A stretch of 64,000 nt of DNA, from positions 480,001-544,000 of the forward strand of contig CAVZLN010000003.1 of assembly GCA_963776245.1 (NCBI GenBank), read 5' to 3'. The notes below the pieces were generated by a model. The model ran no database searches, was not told where the DNA came from, and was given only the letters and a program-made list of their open reading frames with translations. Below are positions 55,517 through 64,000 of the stretch, piece after piece. A program made the translations under genes and the position numbers. The DNA is from Candidatus Eiseniibacteriota bacterium (GTDB lineage: Bacteria > Eisenbacteria > RBG-16-71-46). The stretch's first letter is position 1. Every line of letters begins with the position of its first letter.

Positions 55517-55532
55517 CGGTACGGGTCTTGCG
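55517..55532 (+). promoter_or_regulatory. Sigma-54 promoter upstream of the PEP-CTERM gene
   Basis: CGGTACGGGTCTTGCG with GG-N10-GC spacing, about 65 nt before the ATG. Confidence 0.6.
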
Positions 55533-55597
55533 AGAGCGTGGTTGGAATCGAAGAAGTCTCCGTGTTCAGACCCCAGTGCCCGGAGGAAGTCCTCCCC

Positions 55598-55909
55598 ATG
55601 AAGAAGCTACTCGTCAGCCTGCTGCTCCTGGTGCTCATGGCCGGCGCCGCCCAGGCCTACACCAAGACCAGCCCCGCGCCCCAGGGTGCCCCCCGACCCG
55701 CGACCGCCAGCCCGGGCTACCTGAGCCCCGCAGGCGCGGGAGATGTCGTGATCGGCTCGAACTTCCAGAGCGGCGACGACCTCCTCGACGTGCGTCGTCG
55801 GCACAAGAGGCCGACCCGCCCGGTTCCCGAGCCCGGGACCATGGCGCTCGCCTCGATGGGACTGCTCGCACTCGGAGCTGCCGCGCGCAAGCGCAGCGCT
55901 CGCGGATAG
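55598..55909 (+). CDS. Small PEP-CTERM sorting-domain protein
   Basis: Signal peptide MKKLLV...AQA; C-terminal VPEPGT, TM helix and basic tail RKR; RBS GGAGG. Confidence 0.88.
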   Translation: MKKLLVSLLLLVLMAGAAQAYTKTSPAPQGAPRPATASPGYLSPAGAGDVVIGSNFQSGDDLLDVRRRHKRPTRPVPEPGTMALASMGLLALGAAARKRSARG

Positions 55910-55938
55910 CGCTCCACCCGGCCGGCAGTGCCGGGCCC

Positions 55939-55982
55939 GCGGCGGCGAAGGGGTCACACCTCCTCGCCGCCGCTTCCTTGTT
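55939..55982 (+). terminator. Probable intrinsic terminator
   Basis: GCGGCGGCGA...TCGCCGCCGC stem followed by TTCCTTGTT. Confidence 0.55.
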
Positions 55983-56060
55983 CCCCCCCGATCCGGGGTC
56001 GATGCGGGCGCATGCGCTAGAATCCCGCGCCATGCTCGTCCTCCCATCATCCCCCGGCGC

Positions 56061-58178
56061 ATGAGCCGGCCCCCCGCGCGACCATCCGCACGCCACCGCG
56101 CCCGCGCCCCGCGCCGGCCGGCGGCCCCCGGACCGCTTTCGCTCCACGGGGCGCCCGGCACCTCCGCCGCGCTCGAGACCGTGTGCGGACGGCTCGCCTG
56201 GGGCGTGCTCGCGGCGTTCGCCGCGACGCTGCTCGCCGTGGCCCTGGGCCTGCACCGCATCGGCGACTATTTCACCGAGACCGACTTCTACGGCGCGTAC
56301 GCCGAGGGCGCGCGGCTGATCCAGCACGGGCGGCTGATGCCCTCCCGCTATGGCGTGGTGGGCCCGGGTTACGAGGCGGTGCTCGCGCTGGTGGGCTTCG
56401 TGGTGCGCGATCTGTTCGTGGCGGCCGAGCTCATCTCGGTGGCGGCCGCCCTGGTCACCGCGCTGCTGTGGACCGGGCTGGTCCGCCGACTCACCGACGG
56501 ACGCCTCGCGCTGTTCGCGCTGCTGTTCCTCGTCACCAATCCGGTGTTCTTCCGCTTCGGCTACTCGACCACCACCGACGCGCTCGCGCTCGCGCTGCAG
56601 ACGCTCGCCCTGTGGCTGCTCCTCACCCGCGCCGGCCCGCGCGGCGCGCTGGCGGCGGGCGCGCTGGCGGCGGCCGCGTTCCTGACCCGCTACAGCGCCG
56701 TGGCCCTGCTGCCCGCCGGGATCCTCGCGATCTCGCTCGGCGCCACGCGAGCGCCCCGTCGCGGGCGGGACGCGCTGGCGTTCGCCGCGGGGTTCGCGCT
56801 GCCGGTGGTGCCGTGGGTGATCTACTGCGTCAGCCACGGCTCGGGGTTCTCGTTCCAGCTCCACCACAACATCGCCTACGAAGTGTTCGCGCGTCCCCGG
56901 GGCATCGTGTGGGACGACTACCAGAGGCTGCTCCAGCCCCAGTTCCACTCGCTGTGGGATGTCATCGCGCGCGACCCGGTCGCGGTCGCCTCGCGCATGC
57001 TCTTCAACCTCACCGACCACCTGCGGCTCGACGCCCGGGACCTGCTCGGCTGGCCGGTCGCCATCGCCGCGCTGCTCGGGCTCGCGCTCGCCGCGCTCGA
57101 CGGAACGCTGCGGCGCCTGTGGCCGCTGGCGGCCTTCGGGGCGCTCGCGTTCCTGGTGCTGGTGCCCGCGTTCCACGCCGCGCGCTATTCGCTGGCGCTG
57201 CTGCCGGTCTACGCCGCGTTCGCCGCCGCGCTGTTCGCCTCCCCGCGCTTCGCGCTCGCGGCCGGTCGCGCGCGGCGCGTGCGGCTGAAGAGCGTGCTCG
57301 CGCTGGTGCCGCTGGCGGCCGCGCTCCTCGGCTCGTGGGACCTCCAGGCGCGCATCCTCGACCAGCTGCCGGTCGAGGTGCTCGACGTCGCGGCCACGCT
57401 GCGCGGCGCGGCGCGGCCGGGCGACCGCATCATCGCGCGCAAGCCGCATCTGGCGTACCTGTCGGGTCTCGAGGGCCGGCCGTTCCCGTTCGCCGACTCG
57501 CTCCCCCAGCTCGCGGCGGCCACCCGCCAGCAGGGGGTGCGCTGGCTCTACGTGTCCTGGGTCGAGGTCGAGACGCGCCCGCGCTTCTGGTACCTGCTCG
57601 ACACCACCGCAGTCGTCCCCGGGCTCACGGTGCGCCGGGTGACGCGACCGCACCCGGCGGTGCTCTACGAGATCGGCCCGGGATTCGGCACCCGCCCGGC
57701 GTGGATGGCCAACGACACCTCGGTCACCTGGCACACCGCGCGCGCGCAGTTGCTGGTGAATCCCGACGATCCCGCGGCGCTGTTCCACCTCGGGCTGGTG
57801 GAGCTGTCACGGGGCACGGTGGCCAGCGCGAGCGCGCTCCTGGAGCGCAGCGTCCGCCTCGATCCCCGCCGTGCCGGGGCGTGGCTGCTGCTGGCCGAGA
57901 TCGGGCTGCGCCGCGGTGACGCCGCGGCGACCGAGCGCGCCTGCCGCGGGGCGCTTGCCGCCGATCCCGGCAGCATCGATGCCCGTGCCGCGCTGGGGTG
58001 GGCGAGCCTGGTCGCCGGCCGACCCGACGAGGCCGCGGCGCGCTGGCGACCGGTGGTGCACGCGGTGCGCGACCCGGGTACCCTCGAGCGCATGGTCACG
58101 CTGTTCACCGAGACCGGCGACCTCGCCGCCGCCGCCGCCGCGCGGGCCGCGCTCGCGCATGCGAGAGGAGCGCCATGA
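56061..58178 (+). CDS. Polytopic membrane protein, ArnT/PMT (GT-C)-like glycosyltransferase with C-terminal TPR repeats
   Basis: ETDFY acidic first loop, about 11 TM helices, AFLTRY, soluble domain, TPR-like NPDDPAALFHLG...DPRRAGAW. Confidence 0.65.
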   Translation: MSRPPARPSARHRARAPRRPAAPGPLSLHGAPGTSAALETVCGRLAWGVLAAFAATLLAVALGLHRIGDYFTETDFYGAYAEGARLIQHGRLMPSRYGVVGPGYEAVLALVGFVVRDLFVAAELISVAAALVTALLWTGLVRRLTDGRLALFALLFLVTNPVFFRFGYSTTTDALALALQTLALWLLLTRAGPRGALAAGALAAAAFLTRYSAVALLPAGILAISLGATRAPRRGRDALAFAAGFALPVVPWVIYCVSHGSGFSFQLHHNIAYEVFARPRGIVWDDYQRLLQPQFHSLWDVIARDPVAVASRMLFNLTDHLRLDARDLLGWPVAIAALLGLALAALDGTLRRLWPLAAFGALAFLVLVPAFHAARYSLALLPVYAAFAAALFASPRFALAAGRARRVRLKSVLALVPLAAALLGSWDLQARILDQLPVEVLDVAATLRGAARPGDRIIARKPHLAYLSGLEGRPFPFADSLPQLAAATRQQGVRWLYVSWVEVETRPRFWYLLDTTAVVPGLTVRRVTRPHPAVLYEIGPGFGTRPAWMANDTSVTWHTARAQLLVNPDDPAALFHLGLVELSRGTVASASALLERSVRLDPRRAGAWLLLAEIGLRRGDAAATERACRGALAADPGSIDARAALGWASLVAGRPDEAAARWRPVVHAVRDPGTLERMVTLFTETGDLAAAAAARAALAHARGAP

Positions 58179-59080
58179 CGGGCAGCCCGGGTCGCCGCGT
58201 CCTCCATGTCCTCGGCGGGCTGGTCGTCCCCGCCGCGCTCACCGCGCTGATGTCGTGCGCCGGCACCGCACCCGGAACCGCGACGCGTCCGCCGGGGCGC
58301 GCGGCGACCCGCGCGCCCGAGCCCGATTCGATCACGGCCGGGGTGTGGCACTTCGACGAGACCGGCGGCACGCACGCGGCCGACGCCGGGCCCTTCCGAC
58401 TCGACGGCACGTTCGGCGTGGACACGCGCACCGATTTCGGTCGGGTGCGCGCCGCCCGACGGTTCACCCGCTCGGTCGAGTCGTTCATGTTCGTGCCCTA
58501 CAGCCCGGCGCTCGAGAACGGCAGCGGCCTGACCGTCGAAGCGTGGGTGTACGTCGACTCCTACGGCCAGTACGAGGACACGCCCATCGCCGGGCGCTGG
58601 ACGCCCCTGGCCAACCAGCAGTCCTGGCTGTTCTCGATCGTGGGCGAGCAGCTCGATCCGCCTTACGTGAGCCTCGCGAGCCCCGGGTATCATCGGGACC
58701 TGGTGGTGGGCGGGGAGCGCGGGCGGTTGCTGTTCGCGTTCCAGCCCGAGCCAGCCAGCCCCCCGTTCGCGTACACCTCGGCCACGTCGATCGAGCTCGG
58801 GACCTGGACGCACGTGGGTGTGACGTACGACGGCGCGGTGGTGCGCTTCTTCATCGACGGCCGCCCCGAGTCCCAGTACGCCAGCGTCGGCGCGATCCGC
58901 AGGACGAACGCGCCGCTGCTGGTGGGCAACGCCTTCGACCCGCGCCTGCTCTCGGACTTCGCCGGGGACCTGCGCCTGGATGCCATCGCGGACCGCGCTC
59001 CGTACTACGCCTTCGAGGGACTCATCGACGAGTTGCGCATCTCGACCGCCGCGCGTGCGAGGGTGACCGCGGGGCGCTGA
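58175..59080 (+). CDS. LamG-like jelly-roll lipoprotein
   Basis: Lipobox LMSC; WHFDE, LTVEAWV, WTHVGVTYDG...FIDG, FEGLIDELRIS. Confidence 0.8.
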   Translation: MTGSPGRRVLHVLGGLVVPAALTALMSCAGTAPGTATRPPGRAATRAPEPDSITAGVWHFDETGGTHAADAGPFRLDGTFGVDTRTDFGRVRAARRFTRSVESFMFVPYSPALENGSGLTVEAWVYVDSYGQYEDTPIAGRWTPLANQQSWLFSIVGEQLDPPYVSLASPGYHRDLVVGGERGRLLFAFQPEPASPPFAYTSATSIELGTWTHVGVTYDGAVVRFFIDGRPESQYASVGAIRRTNAPLLVGNAFDPRLLSDFAGDLRLDAIADRAPYYAFEGLIDELRISTAARARVTAGR

Positions 59081-59264
59081 CCGGCGGCTCCCCGTGAACG
59101 GGGTGGACGGGGGCGTCCACGCCCGGCGACGGCCGGCGGGCATGAAGGGGCGCCCGCACCGCGGATGGCTCACGGCGTGCTCCTTGCGGGGGACACCGCG
59201 CCGCCGCCCGGCGCGGATGGCGACCCCGGACCCGCGATCGAACCTCGCCCCACACGAGAAGCCC

Positions 59265-61640
59265 ATGCGATCCATCCTCTCGACCCTCCTGGCGCTCCTC
59301 CTCCTGGCGCCGGCCGGCGCGCTCGCCGACACGGCCCGCGAACTGGTGGTGATGCTCGCGCCGGTGCCGGGGGACGACGCCCGCGCCACCGCCGCCCGCG
59401 CGTCGGTGGCGGCGCGTCTCGAGGCGCTCGGTCTCGAGGTGCTCGCCTCGCTCGGCGAGGGACTGCCGCTGGCGTCCGACGCCGCGCGCGCGGCGCGCCC
59501 CGGCGCGTCCGGGCTGGATCCGGCGCGGGTGCTGCGGCTGGCCGCGCGCGATCCGGCGGCCGCCGACGCCGCGCTGGCAGCCCTCGTCGACGCTCCGGGC
59601 ATCGCGTGGGCGGAGCGCAACCAGGCGCGCGAACCGGCCGGCGCGGGAGTGTTCCCCGACGACCCCTATCTGGTCGAGGGGCGCCAGTGGGCCCTCGAGA
59701 ACCGCGGCCCGGTGAGCGGATTCGGCGGGATCGCGGGCGCCGACATCGGCGCGCGCGCCGCGTGGACGATCACCACCGGGAGCGCCGACGTGCTGCTGGC
59801 GGTCGCCGACACCGGCATCGACCCGGCGCACCCCGAGTTCGTGGCGTGGCTGCCGGATGGCCGCCCGCGCCTCGAGCCCGGGCTGAACGTCACGCTCGAA
59901 CCCGGCGGAGCGGTCACGGACTCCTTCGGCCACGGCACGCCGGTGGCCGGCGTGATGGCGGCACGCACCAACGACGGCGCCCACTTCGACTCGCTCGGCA
60001 TCGCGGGGGTGTGCGGCGGGGACGGCGCGGCGAATCCGGGCTGCCGGCTGTTGCCCATCAAGATCGCGCCCGGCCACAGCGGCGTCTCCAGTTCGTACGA
60101 GATCGCGCGCGCGATGCTGTTCGCGGCCGGATGCGGCGCGCGTGCCATGAATCTCTCGTTCGCCGGCGGTGTGCCGAGCAAGGTCGAGCGCCTCGCGCTG
60201 CAGGACGCGCTGGTGAGCGGATGCGTCGTGGTGGCGGCCGCCGGCAACCGCGGGTACGCCGCGCCGACCGCGCCCCAGTATCCGGCGGCGTTCGCGGCCG
60301 ACGGGCTGTGCATCCAGGTCGGCTCCTCCGATCCTTCCGACCGGCGCTCGATCTTCTCGTCCTACGGCCCCGGGCTCGACCTGCTCGCGCCGGGCGAGGA
60401 CATCTGGACCACCTTCATGACCTACCCGAGCGCGGCCGGCGTGCTCTACAACGGCTACGTCGTGGCCGCAGGCACGTCGTTCGCGGCGCCCCACGTGACC
60501 GGCGTGGTCGGATTGCTCGCCGCGGCGAGGCCCGAACTCATGGACACCGACTTCCAGCACGTGCTCCGCGAGAGCGCGCACGACCTCGATCCGCCGGGCT
60601 GGGACGCCCCGACCGCCTGGGGCCGCCTCGACGCCGCGGCCGCGCTCCGCGCCGTGGACCCGGCCGTCGGCGTGTGGCACGGCGAGGCCGCGGCGGCCAC
60701 GGTGACCGCGACCGGCCGGGGCACGCTCACACTCGGCGACGCGCGCGCGGGCGAGCGCCTGCGGGTGTGGACCGGCACCGAGGAGCTCGAGGCCAGCGCG
60801 ACCGTGACGCTGCCCGACTCCTTCCTGCCGCCGGTGCGGGTGTGGCCGCGCGTCGGCGGCACCTCCACGGCGCGCGGCGGATTCACGCTGCCGTACCTCA
60901 CGCCGTGGGCCGAGGTCGCGAGCGCGGACGACGCATCGTTCACGCTGCGCGGACACCTGTACCACGTGCCGCCCGACAGCGGTGTGGCGAACGGGGACTA
61001 CCTTCCCGTGCCGCCGGGGGAGGCGCGGTTCGGTTTCACCGTGATGGGCCGCGTGGACCGGCCGCCGAGCGTGCGCGTGCTGAGCCCGCTGCCCGGCGCG
61101 CCGCTGCGCATGGGAGACACGCTCGAGGTGGCGTGGCAGGCGAGCGATCCCGACACCGTGACCGGCGTGACGCTCGCGCTGGTCGCGGATGACGGCGTCG
61201 AGACCCCGATCGCGGCGTTGCCGGGTGACGCGCGGGGCATCGACTTCCCGGCGCCGTGCGCGGCCGCGGGGCCGGCGCGGCTGCGGGTGACCGCGATCGA
61301 CGGGCACGGGCGGCAGGCCGACCGCACCACGCTCGAGGTGCCGGTCGTCCTGCTGCCGGGCGGGTGCGCGGGAGGGCCGATGTCGCGCGCGGCGGCGTTC
61401 GGCGCGGCGCCGAACCCGTTCGGGCCGCGCACCTGGATCTCGGTGCCCTGGCCCGGCACGCTGCGCGTGGTGGACCTCGCCGGCCGCGTGGTGATGCGCC
61501 GCGTCATCCCGGCGGGCTCGCCCGGCGTCCGCTGGGACGGCCACGACGATCGCGGCGGACGCCTGCCGGCCGGGCTCTACTTCGCGCGCCTCGAGGGCGC
61601 GCCGGGGAGGCTCGACCTGCGGCTCGTCCGGCTCGAGTGA
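59265..61640 (+). CDS. Secreted S8 (subtilisin-like) peptidase with FlgD/T9SS-like C-terminus
   Basis: Catalytic triad VADTG, HGTPVAG, GTSFAAPHV; AAAGN; C-terminal PNPF...DLAGR...WDG...GLYF. Confidence 0.9.
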   Translation: MRSILSTLLALLLLAPAGALADTARELVVMLAPVPGDDARATAARASVAARLEALGLEVLASLGEGLPLASDAARAARPGASGLDPARVLRLAARDPAAADAALAALVDAPGIAWAERNQAREPAGAGVFPDDPYLVEGRQWALENRGPVSGFGGIAGADIGARAAWTITTGSADVLLAVADTGIDPAHPEFVAWLPDGRPRLEPGLNVTLEPGGAVTDSFGHGTPVAGVMAARTNDGAHFDSLGIAGVCGGDGAANPGCRLLPIKIAPGHSGVSSSYEIARAMLFAAGCGARAMNLSFAGGVPSKVERLALQDALVSGCVVVAAAGNRGYAAPTAPQYPAAFAADGLCIQVGSSDPSDRRSIFSSYGPGLDLLAPGEDIWTTFMTYPSAAGVLYNGYVVAAGTSFAAPHVTGVVGLLAAARPELMDTDFQHVLRESAHDLDPPGWDAPTAWGRLDAAAALRAVDPAVGVWHGEAAAATVTATGRGTLTLGDARAGERLRVWTGTEELEASATVTLPDSFLPPVRVWPRVGGTSTARGGFTLPYLTPWAEVASADDASFTLRGHLYHVPPDSGVANGDYLPVPPGEARFGFTVMGRVDRPPSVRVLSPLPGAPLRMGDTLEVAWQASDPDTVTGVTLALVADDGVETPIAALPGDARGIDFPAPCAAAGPARLRVTAIDGHGRQADRTTLEVPVVLLPGGCAGGPMSRAAAFGAAPNPFGPRTWISVPWPGTLRVVDLAGRVVMRRVIPAGSPGVRWDGHDDRGGRLPAGLYFARLEGAPGRLDLRLVRLE

Positions 61641-61702
61641 GGATCCCGCCGGCGCGGGGGGCGCCCGCCGCGTTACACTGCGGGCCACGGGAGGTCCACG
61701 CC

Positions 61703-62949
61703 ATGCGCATCGCCGCCATCCATGTCGTCGCCCTGGGGCTCGTCGCGCTCGCGCCGGCGGGTTGCTCACCCATCCGGCCCCCGGCCGACTGGGCGCGGGT
61801 GCGCGAGGTGACGCCGGCCTTCTTCGCGCGGCGCGACGCGACCGACCCCGCCCTCGCCTCGGACGGCAACGGCCGTGTCGCGCTCACGTTCGTCACCCAC
61901 GATCCCGCCGGCGGCCGGGACGTCTGGCTCGCGGTCTCGCGCGACAGTGGCGCGACGTTCGGCGCGCCGCTGCGCGTGAACCTCTCGCCCGGCCGGGTCT
62001 CGTCGTACTCCGAGAATCGCCCGGTGTCCGCATGGGGGACGGGGGGCGGCTCGCCATCGCGTGGTCCGAGTTGCGCGCGGACAGCGGCGCGGCCGCCGAC
62101 CTGGTGGTGCGCGCCAGCGCCGACGCGGGCGCCACGCTCGGCCCGCCCGTGGTGGTGAACGACGACACGCTCGGCCGGCCCACCTACCATGGCTTCCCGG
62201 CGCTCGCGTTCCAGCCCGACGGCGCCCTGTTCGCGGCCTGGATGGACGGGCGCTCCCATCCCGAGGCCGAGGCCGAGACCATGGGGGCGCTCTTCACCGC
62301 GCTGAGCTTCGACGGCGGGCTCACCTGGACCCCGAACGCGATGGTGACCGACTCGCTCTGCCCGTGCTGCCGCGCATCGGTCGCCGGTCTCGGCGACGAG
62401 CGCCTGGCGCTCGCCTATCGCAGCGCCGCGCGCGGGGTGCGCGATCCGGTGCTGGCCTTCTCGGTCGACGGCGGACGCACCTTCGAGCCCGAGCGCCCGC
62501 TCGCGGACGACCGGTGGCGGATCGAGGCCTGTCCCTCGGACGGCCCGGTCCTGGCGGCCGCGGGCCGCGGCGGGGCCGCGGTGTGGACCACCGGCGCCGA
62601 CCCCGCGGGCGTGTATCTGGCGCCGTGGACGTTCGGGCGCGGCGCGACCGGACCGCGACGCGCCCTGCTCGACAGTCTCTCGCGGGCCGCCCATCCGCGC
62701 GTGGCTCCGCTCGGTGGCGCCACGCTGGTGACGGTCGAGGCGCGGCCGGCCGGCGACAGCGTGACGGTCATAGCCGCGCGCGCGCTCGAGCCCGACGGCG
62801 CGCTCACGCCCTGGGTGTTCCTCGGCGTCCATGCCCGCGACGCATGGCTCGCCCCGCTCACCCCGCGCGCCGCACTCGTCGCATGGGTCGAGCGCGAGCG
62901 CAGCACCCCGCGCATCCGCCTCGCCCGCCTGGAGCGGATGCCGCAGTGA
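61703..62949 (+). CDS. BNR/Asp-box (sialidase-like) lipoprotein, one frameshift near 62045
   Basis: Lipobox-like PAGC; Asp-boxes SRDSGATF, SADAGATL, SFDGGLTW, SVDGGRTF; CPCCR and CPSDGP. Confidence 0.75.
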
Positions 62950-62994
62950 TGAGCTCCAGCGCGTTCCCGTGCCGCACGCCGCAACGACGCCGGA

Positions 62995-63178
62995 GCCGGG
63001 GCCGCGAGGGCCGGTGGCGATGCGTGTGGGTATTGCATCGTCACCGGCCCTCGCGGCCCCGGCGACCGCACGCTTCGGGGACGGTCGGTCGGCTCCTCGG
63101 CCAGCGCTCGAGCCGGAGGGGCACAGGCCGGATACGGTGCAATACCCACACGCACCGCATCCGGCCTGTGCCCCTCCG
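62995..63178. repeat. Two inverted copies of a long hairpin element with complementary 11-nt loops
   Basis: Hairpin 1 at 62995-63063 (29-bp stem, loop GTGTGGGTATT); hairpin 2 at 63114-63178 (27-bp stem, loop AATACCCACAC). Confidence 0.85.
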
Positions 63179-63328
63179 TCGGGGACCCGTGCCCCAGCGG
63201 TCGCACGACTCGAGCCTCGCGGATCCGCCGCGCGTTGATGCTCGTTCGAAGCGCGTGCTAGGCTCGCCATTCGCATCGCACCGCGCGCCGGCCCGCCGCG
63301 CCCTCACCCCGACACCCGCGAGAACCCC

Positions 63329-64000
<672 letters not shown>

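Noticed and set aside
62995..63178. CRISPR array or integron attC sites
   Set aside because: Only two units, inverted rather than direct, with no spacer series, no cas or integrase gene, and no RYYYAAC/GTTRRRY ends.

Overview
High-GC bacterial window. Secreted proteins with FlgD/T9SS-like C-termini plus a PEP-CTERM protein suggest a lineage such as Ca. Eisenbacteria (inference only). Layout: (1) 1-11.6 kb, minus strand: a RAPP-ending Cys-containing leader ORF, cusCBA-type copper efflux, a cupredoxin, a CPA2 antiporter, an SDR-like gene, an AIR-synthase-family gene and hypF. (2) 11.8-42.4 kb: an anaerobic electron-transfer island with about 82 c-type heme motifs in 8 cytochromes (counted by hand). 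It holds two convergent Rieske/cytochrome b/nonaheme cassettes, one of whose cytochromes b has lost both heme bH ligands. It also holds an octaheme/NrfC/NrfD module, two CbcL-like multiheme-cytochrome b fusions, two 2-oxoacid:ferredoxin oxidoreductases, ferredoxin, ApbE and a complete Rnf with extra periplasmic domains on RnfA and RnfG. (3) 42.4-46.4 kb: a sigma-54 two-component system, with candidate -24/-12 promoters and a shared enhancer-like motif. (4) 46.9-64 kb: class II RNR, Ca2+/H+ antiporter, HD-GYP protein, secreted nuclease and protease, a PEP-CTERM miniprotein, a GT-C/TPR protein and MoxR. At about 63.0-63.2 kb there is a pair of inverted, covarying long hairpins whose 11-nt loops are exactly complementary. 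Several genes right of 45 kb carry frameshifts that are probably assembly errors. No rRNA, tRNA, CRISPR array or transposase was recognised. All calls come from motif reading without database searches.
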